From Balamuthia mandrillaris (lineage: Eukaryota): a DNA stretch of 64,000 nt. Each line of letters begins with the position of its first letter. Position 1 is the first letter of the stretch. The position numbers were made by a program, and so were the translations under genes. The notes under the pieces are model-generated. The model saw nothing but the letters and a program-made list of their open reading frames with translations. It ran no database searches and was not told where the DNA came from. This document shows positions 1-10,341 of the stretch, piece by piece. The stretch covers positions 62,001 through 126,000 of the forward strand of contig JAVKOQ020000047.1 in assembly GCA_031835245.2 (NCBI GenBank). Reading direction: 5' to 3'.

Positions 1-564
1 GCTCCTCCGCCCCCCAGTGGAGGCCCACCACCACCAATGCCTCCTCCAGCTGCGCGGGCGCCTCCTCCAGCTGCGCCTCCCGCTGCTTCTCGCCCTCCTG
101 TGGAAGTTGGTCAACGGGTCATTGCTCAATGGAACGAAGACTTGCAGTGGTACAACGCTGTGGTGGACTCTATTAAAGAGGAAGGAGGGACATTTATCTA
201 TGCAGTTACCTTTACCGACTATGGCAACTCCGATACGGTCACCATTGAACAAATGACCGGTCCGAACGGAGAAGACTTGAAAGCCCTTGCTGCTCAAAAA
301 CCGCCTGCTGCTGCTCCTGCTCCTACTGGCGCAGGAGGGCTTGCTGCTGCTTTGGCTGCCAAAGCTGGCAACTTGCGTTCTGCTTCTACTCCTCTAGAGC
401 TGTCTAACATGACTCAGGAGGAAGAGGGCAATATAGTGGACAGTATACAGAAGGCTCTTAGTGCGCGAAGGCAGGGCATGTGCTTTTCTGTTTATGGCCA
501 TGACGCTGTGCCAGATGGTGAAGATGACTGGAGTGATGAGGACGATTCATGGATGGACTTTTAG
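1..564 (+). CDS. 3' part of a proline-rich protein with a Tudor domain and C-terminal WH2-central-acidic (VCA)-like tail (truncated by window edge)
   Basis: Poly-Pro; Tudor-like EVGQRVIAQWNEDLQWYNAVV...VTFTDYGNSDTV; LAAALAAKAGNLRSA (WH2-like); IVDSIQKALSARRQGM (central helix); EDDWSDEDDSWMDF (acidic, with Trp). Confidence 0.7.
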   Translation, partial: APPPPSGGPPPPMPPPAARAPPPAAPPAASRPPVEVGQRVIAQWNEDLQWYNAVVDSIKEEGGTFIYAVTFTDYGNSDTVTIEQMTGPNGEDLKALAAQKPPAAAPAPTGAGGLAAALAAKAGNLRSASTPLELSNMTQEEEGNIVDSIQKALSARRQGMCFSVYGHDAVPDGEDDWSDEDDSWMDF

Positions 565-734
565 TGACCTGTTACTTTCTTTTATTCTTGTTTTCTTCTT
601 GCTTGCTTTTGTCTTTGTTTTTTTTTGTGTTTGTAAACGAATTTGCCAAGTGACTTTTGAACAAACATGAAACATAGTTAAGCAGGATCCAATGTTGAGG
701 TATAAAAGGCAGGGTATGCCAGTGTGGGACTCAC

Positions 735-840
735 GGAGGAAAGAGGGAGGAAAAAACTGGATGGCTAAGTTAGGGTACTCATTCCGTCTCGCCGGGCTCA
801 CCAAAAAAGGCAATAACAGAGGAGAAACCGGTGGTGGGGA
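735..840 (+). pseudogene. Degenerate 5' fragment of Fanzor ORF (matches ~8725-8852)
   Basis: actcattccgtctcgcc...gctcaccaaaaaaggcaataacagaggagaaaccggtggtgggg versus intact copy actcgttccgtctcgcc...gctcaccaaaaaaggcaagaacggagaggagaaaccggtagtgggg. Confidence 0.8.
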
Positions 841-849
841 AGTGCAGAG

Positions 850-1470
850 ATCTGGGCTCAGTAGTAGTACCTATACTTCTAAGAAGGTTATTTGCTCTGA
901 TTGTACCTACTTAGTGTACTCTTACTTCTGTTACACCCTTATCCTCAATGCTTTCCCAATTGTTAACTAGAACAAGTGAAAGGTGTTGAATGAGCTTTTA
1001 GACTGGCTTGGTACAATAACTATCTATACTTAGTCAATCTTTCCAAAGAATTGGACATTCTAATAGGAAGTGTTCTCTTATTTCTTCCTCTGTATTGCAT
1101 GCTAGGCACTTGCTGTTTTCTTTAGATTAAGTTTCCACTTTTTTCAATAAGCAGTCCTGTAACAACAAATAGCATTCATCAAACATTTAAGTTGGTAATC
1201 ACTAAGCTATATTGTTGTTTAACTATTAGCTGAGACCAATAACATGTGGGTAAAATCACCAACACTTATCTTAAGACTCCTCATGCACAAAATGCCATAT
1301 TCTTAAGTCTTCTTTCTTTCCCCTTTCTCTTGGTGTTGTATGTCTTTTATTATCTTGAATACACTTCTTGTCTTGTCACTAACTCTTTTATTCTTAAGGA
1401 TGGATTCAATCAACAAACATTAGAATGCAACAAAGTAAGAATAGGCTTGTAATAAAAGAAAAGTGTCATG
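850..1470 (-). mobile_element. Decayed non-LTR retrotransposon (LINE ORF2 C-terminal zinc-knuckle region)
   Basis: Minus strand 1111->1052 reads KCLACNTEEEIREHFLLECP (CX2CX8HX4C). In an adjacent frame just upstream is LSDYQLKCLMNAICCYRTAY*KKWKL. Many stops, AT-rich, no CpG. Boundaries approximate. Confidence 0.55.
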
Positions 1471-1811
1471 ACGTGTGTGTAGTATCATTGTTCTTATTGC
1501 TTGTTTATGTTCTAAGAGAAAAAGAAAAAAAAAAGCAAAGATAAAAAACAACTCAGACAAAATGAATGAAAAAAACCATCGCAAGATTTCCTGGTGAAAA
1601 TCTTGAGATGACTCGGGCTGCAGTTCTTGCATTCGTATTTTTTTTCCAAAGCAACGTCCAGATGGCAAGTTTTGAGTGTTGTGGAGTGCCCTGCCTGGTT
1701 GGTTCCTTTTTGTTTTTGTTTGTTTGTTTGTTTGTTTTTTTTTTTTTTTGGCTGCAAACTATCCAATTGCTCCGCAGGGAATTTTCCCACAATCTAATGA
1801 GAAGGGTTAGA

Positions 1812-2447
1812 GTTGCCAAACCCCTCATCGATACATTCGCTGTGACGCCGTCGATGATTTCATCAACGGCGTCGTGAAAACCAGCTTGGCGGCGGGCAGA
1901 GGCACGACTGGATTCCAGATGAAGTTCCGTGGTCGGAAGGACAAGAGCCAGTCTCTCAGCATCCAAGCCAGGGAGTGGAATCACAACAGCTGCATCTGCC
2001 AACTCTTCTTCGGGGAGGCGCGAATCAAAGCGAGGGACAAGAACTACAAAGTTCCGTCGGACGTGCTCTATGCCGTTCGTCTGGTGAAAGACACTCGACT
2101 GGGCCATTACTGCCTCTGTGTGCCTCAGCCTTTGAAGCTCATGGGCGAGAGCCAAGCCCGTGAGCACCGAAGGAGAGAGGCAGGCATCATCGCCTTGGAT
2201 CCAGGAGTGCGCACATTCATGACCGCCTACAACGGCTGCGGGGAGGTCACCGAGTGGGGCAAAGAGGACATCAACGAGATAGGCAAGCTGTGCCACCGCC
2301 TGGATCGCATGCAGAGTAAGGGCACCAAGGGCAAATACTGACAACGGCGCCGTCTCCGAAGGGCCGCTGCTCGGCTTCCAGAGGATCCGCAACCTGGTGG
2401 GATAGGCGGTAAGGTTGCTTTGGTGCCGGAGGTGGTGGGTTATTTTT
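1812..2447 (+). pseudogene. Internally deleted Fanzor copy (matches ~9062-9641 joined to ~10050-10141)
   Basis: Near-identical to the intact copy (MKFRGRKDK...IIALDPGVRTFMT...). Premature TGA at 2339-2341, a 2-nt deletion, and a junction at ~2400 that jumps to the post-stop sequence taggcggtaaggttgctttggtgccgg; ends in gggttattttt. Confidence 0.92.
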
Positions 2448-2601
2448 AGTTTTATAATGGATAAACAATCTAAAAAGCCAAAAAATAAAAAAATGTTTGC
2501 AGTTTTTTCGACAATAAAAAGCAAACGTTCGGGGGGAAAGGAAAGGCCGCACTGGCCATTCCCATGCAGCAAAAAGGAGCCTAACCAAAGCGTTGTTGTT
2601 T

Positions 2602-3687
2602 TTACAGACAGGTGGTCTCCACGATCTTGGCACAAACAACATAAGGGTCGCAGTTAGAGGCAGGACGACGGTCCTCAAAGTAGCCCTTTCCTTCCTTGGC
2701 GGTGGAGGAGGGAATCCTGATGGAGGCTCCTCGGTCAGCAACGCCAGCCCTGAACTGGTCAATCCTGGCGGTCTCGTGTCTGCCAGTAAGGCGTCGCTCA
2801 TTGCCCTTGCCATAGGCAGCAATGTGCTCGATGTGTTTCTCGCTCAACTTCTGGATGGCCTCCTCGATGACCTTGTAGCCGCCCTCCTGCCTCATGGCCT
2901 CCGTGCTGTAGTTGGTGTGGCAACCGGCTCCGTTCCAGTCGCCAGGGATGGGCTTGGGGTCAAAGGACACGACAACGCGGAAGTACTCGCTCAATCGGTG
3001 GAGGATGTAGCGGGCCATCCAGAGGTGGTCACCGATGGAGATGCCCTCGCAGGGACCAACCTGGAACTCCCACTGGCCGGGCATGACCTCTCCGTTATCA
3101 CCGGCGATCTTGATGCCGGCGTAGAGGCAGGCGCGGTAGAGGGCCTCGTGGATGTCTCTGCCAAAGGCCTTGTCGGCACCGGCGCCGCAGTAGTAGGGTC
3201 CCTGTGGGCCAGGGAAGCCCTGCTCGGGCCAGCCAAAGGGACCGCCCCTCACGCTGAAGATGGTGTACTCCTGCTCTAAACCGAACCAGGGCTTGTGGTC
3301 CTTGGCCTTCTCCATGATCTCGTTGGCGTGGTAGCGGGTGTTGGTGGGGATGGGCTGATCATCCATGTCGTAGCAGTCGCACATCACCAAGATGTTCTTT
3401 CCTCTCCTGAAGGGGTCCCTGAAGATGGCGCGGGGCTTCAAATTGACCTCGCTCTTGTCGCCAGGGGCCTGGCCTGTGGAGGAACCGTCAAAGTTCCAGT
3501 GGGGGAGCTCCTCTGGGCTCTTGGGCTCAAATTCCAGTGTGCGAGACTTGCTGCGGACGTCCTCGCCGCTTCCGCCGATCCACACGTAGGTGGCTGTGAT
3601 CTTGTCCTCCGGCTGAGGGATGGCGTCCAAGAGACGGAAGAGCAAGTGGTGGTCCTGGTATCTGGAGCTAGCTTCAAAGAAGGCCAT
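2602..3687 (-). CDS. GLUL: Glutamine synthetase type II (intronless)
   Basis: [86 protein letters not shown]. Confidence 0.97.
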   Translation of the reverse strand: MAFFEASSRYQDHHLLFRLLDAIPQPEDKITATYVWIGGSGEDVRSKSRTLEFEPKSPEELPHWNFDGSSTGQAPGDKSEVNLKPRAIFRDPFRRGKNILVMCDCYDMDDQPIPTNTRYHANEIMEKAKDHKPWFGLEQEYTIFSVRGGPFGWPEQGFPGPQGPYYCGAGADKAFGRDIHEALYRACLYAGIKIAGDNGEVMPGQWEFQVGPCEGISIGDHLWMARYILHRLSEYFRVVVSFDPKPIPGDWNGAGCHTNYSTEAMRQEGGYKVIEEAIQKLSEKHIEHIAAYGKGNERRLTGRHETARIDQFRAGVADRGASIRIPSSTAKEGKGYFEDRRPASNCDPYVVCAKIVETTCL

Positions 3688-3825
3688 TTTGTGTGTGGTG
3701 TTTGGCGGAAAGAAAGAAAAGGAGCGTGAGGTGGTAGGGAGCAACAAACTGGCCCTTTGGGGGTGGTTGGTTGTTTTTGTTTCTTTTGAAGAAAGAAGGA
3801 AGAATGTCAGCTATCCTGCGGTCGG

Positions 3826-3880
3826 GTTTATATATGCAGGGCAGAGGGCGGGCGAGGGCCTCCCCTTCTTTATTGGCTGA
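3826..3880 (-). promoter_or_regulatory. TATA box and CCAAT box upstream of glutamine synthetase
   Basis: Minus-strand TATATAAA near 3827-3835 and AGCCAAT near 3872-3878, 140-190 bp upstream of the ATG. Confidence 0.5.
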
Positions 3881-4250
3881 CAAGGATGGCACCTTACGCC
3901 CAGAAGAAAAGGAGACAAGTTGGGGAGGTTGTTCCGCCCTCCCCCACCATGCTTGCCTCCCCCCCGCCGAACATCCTCCCCCCCCTTCCTCCTCATGTTC
4001 TTTCTCCCCCTACCATTTTCTTACGCGGAGTTTTTCAAAGAAAACTCCATGATCTTGTATGACGTAACCTATCCACGAAAAGTAAAAGGCATCTAGGTTG
4101 CACTGCCACGTCAGCCTTCCTTTGGTGACGTCACAGGACCCAAATATAGAAAAGCATACAAGATCATGGAGTTTTCTTTGAAAAACTCTGGCTTGTTGTT
4201 GGTTATTTTATTTAAATGAATGAAATGCGAGAACAAAATGCATAACACTT

Positions 4251-7031
<2,781 letters not shown>

Positions 7032-8315
7032 TCTCTTTTCTTTTAACAAAAAGCGCAGGACAACTAAAAAACAAGAGCGAGTAGTAACTCAGTATGCGTG
7101 CGTGGGTGAGCGAGCGAGCGAGCAAGTGACAAAGATGACTGACCTCCAAGTGATACGACTGAGTAGTACGAGGTGCTACTTCTCTGAGTCCGTGTGCGCA
7201 ACAAAACCTGTAGAAAAAAGCAGAGGAGGAGGAGGAGGAGGAGAGGGAGCAGCAGCAAGCAGCGGCTTTTTTGGGCGAAGCGGCCACCTTAACTTGGGAA
7301 ATTTCTCAGAACGCATGGCCAATTTTTGTCTCATTGTGGGAACACCAACCCATGCAACGGGCATCTACCGCCGATTTCAGGGATGGCGTTACACGCGACG
7401 GCAGCAATGGGGTGACGAATGGGGAAAAAAAAAACACAGCGGATGAAATGGACTGGCAGCGTTCGGCTCGGCACTTGCTTGCTCTCTCCGCTACTCCTCT
7501 GTGCCCTTCGACTCTTTTTTTTTCGCGGTGCGTTTTGGAGCCGTTAAAATATTTTTTTTATTCGGAATTTTTTTACTGCCATTTTGTAAGACGTGAGAAT
7601 GGACATGAGATATCCTAATTTCATGTCCCACAGGTGTGGTAGTCCCTTCGCTTGCTCTGCCTTCTCCCTTCCCCATGTTTTGTGTCCAGAAGAGAAGCGC
7701 TGCGTTACACCAGTGTTGCTTGTAAGGCGACGCAAAGATCATAAGATCTAAGGACAACAAAAAAGAAATCCGACATTCGTCTTTTGGGCCAATGAGCATT
7801 TTTCCCGCCAAAACAACCCTTCCTTCTCCCACGTCTTCGAAGGCAAAGTGGTGGGTTGGGGTGTGGGGTGGGGTGAATGGAATGGATGCTCATGCTGCTG
7901 CCGCCAATAAACTTTTGGTACTCGTCATTCGCCTTGACACTTTTCTGCTACTCGTTTTCTTTTCTTCTCTTCTTTTCTTGTCGTTTCTTTCTTTTCAAAA
8001 GTAAACACACAGACACACACATCCACGAAGCTCCACGCACCACCGTATTTCTCATTGCTACGCTTCTACTACACAAGGAGGAAACCAGCGGCGGAAGGAG
8101 GCAGAGGTGGAAACCGAAGCGGTTCAGCAGCAGGCAGGGGCACCGCTCCGATTGAAAAGGTAGCGTTCTTTTTTCTCTGCTCGCTCACTACATTTTTTGA
8201 TGATGGAAAAAAAATTTGTTACCAACCACTCACTAATGATTTCTTTTGTTTAAAAAAGAACAGCATCACGAACCTCTGTGCGCCTCTTCCACAACGCTGC
8301 TGGAAGCTGGCCTGA

Positions 8316-10052
8316 ATGGCAAGTTGCCCACAGTGCCGAAAAAAGTTTGCTACCTCTCACGGGTTGGCCGTTCACTTCGGTCGGGTCCACAAGGAAGGGG
8401 GTCGCACCACTACTTCTTCTACTCCCACTGCTACTCGGAAAAGAAGAGCGGAAAACGCCCCAGCGGCACCTCAGGCAAGGGCACAGAAGCGTGGAAGGCC
8501 GCAGGCTGCGCCCGCCCAGCCCTTTTGGAACCAGTTTTCCAGCGAAATCGGGAGAAGATTAATACGCCCAGAAGCCTTGTGCTTGGAAGAACCCTTTGCC
8601 TGTGGTTCAGGATGGTTCACCGCCTGCAAGCACATTCCTAACGGAGAAATGGTGTTGGAGGAGGAGGAGGAGGAGGAGAAGAAGGAGAAGGAGAAGAAGG
8701 AGGAAGAGGAAGAGGAGAAGGAGAAGGAGAAGGAAGAAGAGGAGAAAAACCAGAAAGGCTTGTTAGGCCTCATCGAGGGACTCGTTCCGTCTCGCCCAGC
8801 CGTACAGCTCACCAAAAAAGGCAAGAACGGAGAGGAGAAACCGGTAGTGGGGCGATTGGAGAAGATCCGCCTTTATCCGCGCTCGGAACAAAAGAAGACG
8901 CTGGCCAAGTGGTTCGGCACAGTACGATGGACCTACAACAAGGCCGTGGAGTTTCATCGTGAACATAAAGGAATGCCTCTTAAGGAGATGAAGGAACAAG
9001 TCAGGGAGAAATTCCTGAATAACGGCAATTTCAACGGAGAGGATAAGAGCCTTGCGTGGGTGTTGGAAACTCCTCGATACATTCGCAGTGACGCCGTCGA
9101 TGATTTCTTCAACGGCGTGAAAACCAGCTTGGCGGCGGGCAGGACTGGATTCAAGATGAAGTTCCGTGGTCGGAAGGACAAGAACCAGTCTCTCAGCATC
9201 CAAGCCAGGGAGTGGAACCACAGCAAGTCCATCCGCCAACTCTTCTTCGGGGAGGCGCGAATCAAAGCGAGGGACAAGAACTACAAAGTTCCGTCGGAGG
9301 TGCTCTATGCCGTTCGTCTGGTGAAAGACACTCGACTGGGCCATTACTACCTCTGTGTGCCTCAGCCTTTGAAGCTCATGGGCGAGAGCCAAGCCCGTGA
9401 GCACCGAAGGAGAGAGGCAGGCATCATCGCCTTGGATCCAGGAGTGCGCACATTCATGACCACCTACAACGGCTGCGGGGAGGTCACCGAGTGGGGCAAA
9501 GCGGACATCAACGAGATAGGCAAGCTGTGCCACCGCCTGGACCGCATGCAGAGTAAGGGCACCAAGGGCAACCACAGGCAACGGCGCCGTCTCCGAAGGG
9601 CCGCTGCTCGGCTTCGCCAGAGGATCCGCAACCTGGTGGATGACCTCCACAAGAAGCTCGTGTCTTGGTTGGTCAGGAACTTCTCTCTCATCCTTCTGCC
9701 AGAGTTCAGGAGCCAGCAGATGGTGCGGCGAGGCCACCGACGCATTGGCTCACGAACGGCCAGAGCCATGCTCACCTGGTCCCACTATCGCTTCAGGCAG
9801 AGGCTCCTCAACAAGGCCAAGCAATTTCCGTCCTGTACGGTCTGCCTCTGCGATGAGGAATACACCTCCAAGACCTGCGGCAAGTGCGGCCAAGTCCACC
9901 ACCAGTTGGGGGGAAACAAGACCTTTCGGTGCCCCCAACCCGAGTGTGGCTACCAGGCCGATCGAGATGCCAACGCCGCCCGAAACATCTTGATCCGCTT
10001 TTTTACGTTACAAGCACTTACCACCTCCTCCTCCTCTGTGAGGGGGCGGTAG
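8316..10052 (+). CDS. Fanzor2 / IS607-family TnpB-like RNA-guided endonuclease with N-terminal C2H2 zinc finger (578 aa, intronless)
   Basis: OrfB HTH KIRLYPRSEQKKTLAKWFGTVRWTYN; RuvC-I ALDPG (D374); ILLPEF with Pro at the canonical Glu site; DEEYTSKTCGKCG (E514); CPQPEC zinc ribbon; DRDANAARNIL (D551). N-terminal CPQC-X12-H-X4-H. Confidence 0.95.
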   Translation: MASCPQCRKKFATSHGLAVHFGRVHKEGGRTTTSSTPTATRKRRAENAPAAPQARAQKRGRPQAAPAQPFWNQFSSEIGRRLIRPEALCLEEPFACGSGWFTACKHIPNGEMVLEEEEEEEKKEKEKKEEEEEEKEKEKEEEEKNQKGLLGLIEGLVPSRPAVQLTKKGKNGEEKPVVGRLEKIRLYPRSEQKKTLAKWFGTVRWTYNKAVEFHREHKGMPLKEMKEQVREKFLNNGNFNGEDKSLAWVLETPRYIRSDAVDDFFNGVKTSLAAGRTGFKMKFRGRKDKNQSLSIQAREWNHSKSIRQLFFGEARIKARDKNYKVPSEVLYAVRLVKDTRLGHYYLCVPQPLKLMGESQAREHRRREAGIIALDPGVRTFMTTYNGCGEVTEWGKADINEIGKLCHRLDRMQSKGTKGNHRQRRRLRRAAARLRQRIRNLVDDLHKKLVSWLVRNFSLILLPEFRSQQMVRRGHRRIGSRTARAMLTWSHYRFRQRLLNKAKQFPSCTVCLCDEEYTSKTCGKCGQVHHQLGGNKTFRCPQPECGYQADRDANAARNILIRFFTLQALTTSSSSVRGR

Positions 10053-10165
10053 GCGGTAAGGTTGCTTTGGTGCCGGCACCGTTGCTTATAGCGAGTCGTA
10101 AGACAAGCCGTGATTAGGCACGCCGGAGGTGGGTTATTTTTTGTTTCTCTGTTTTTTTCCTCAGT
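10015..10165 (+). ncRNA. Putative omegaRNA (scaffold overlapping ORF 3' end and element right end, plus flank-derived guide)
   Basis: Expected position for TnpB/Fanzor omegaRNA. Pairings: ccacctcc(10021)/ggaggtgg(10125), gtgcc(10070)/ggcac(10117), gctt/aagc, and a gtc-GTAA-gac tetraloop. The end is shared with the second copy. Confidence 0.6.
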
Positions 10166-10341
10166 CAACTAATTTTGCTTTATTTTCGTTGTCCCATTGA
10201 TCGGCTTGATCTTGGCGCCATCTTAGCAATGGGGTTCTAGATACTTTAAAGGGGTCTTCAAGTATAGAGGCAGGGAGGCATGATGGGGCGACTGCGTTCG
10301 GTGAATGTATGCGTGGATGGAATTGGTTTTTTTTTAAACTG

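Noticed and set aside
1553..2635. 360-aa minus ORF and the similar 8763-9737 minus ORF
   Set aside because: Antisense to the Fanzor copies; their similarity simply reflects the DNA duplication.
2593..3729. Plus-strand ORFs antisense to glutamine synthetase
   Set aside because: Shadow frames of a GC3-rich gene with no motifs of their own.
7064..8315. Possible IS607 TnpA or terminal inverted repeat upstream of the Fanzor
   Set aside because: No YARVS, DIGSG or RLxRFG motifs, and no convincing reverse complement of the right end.
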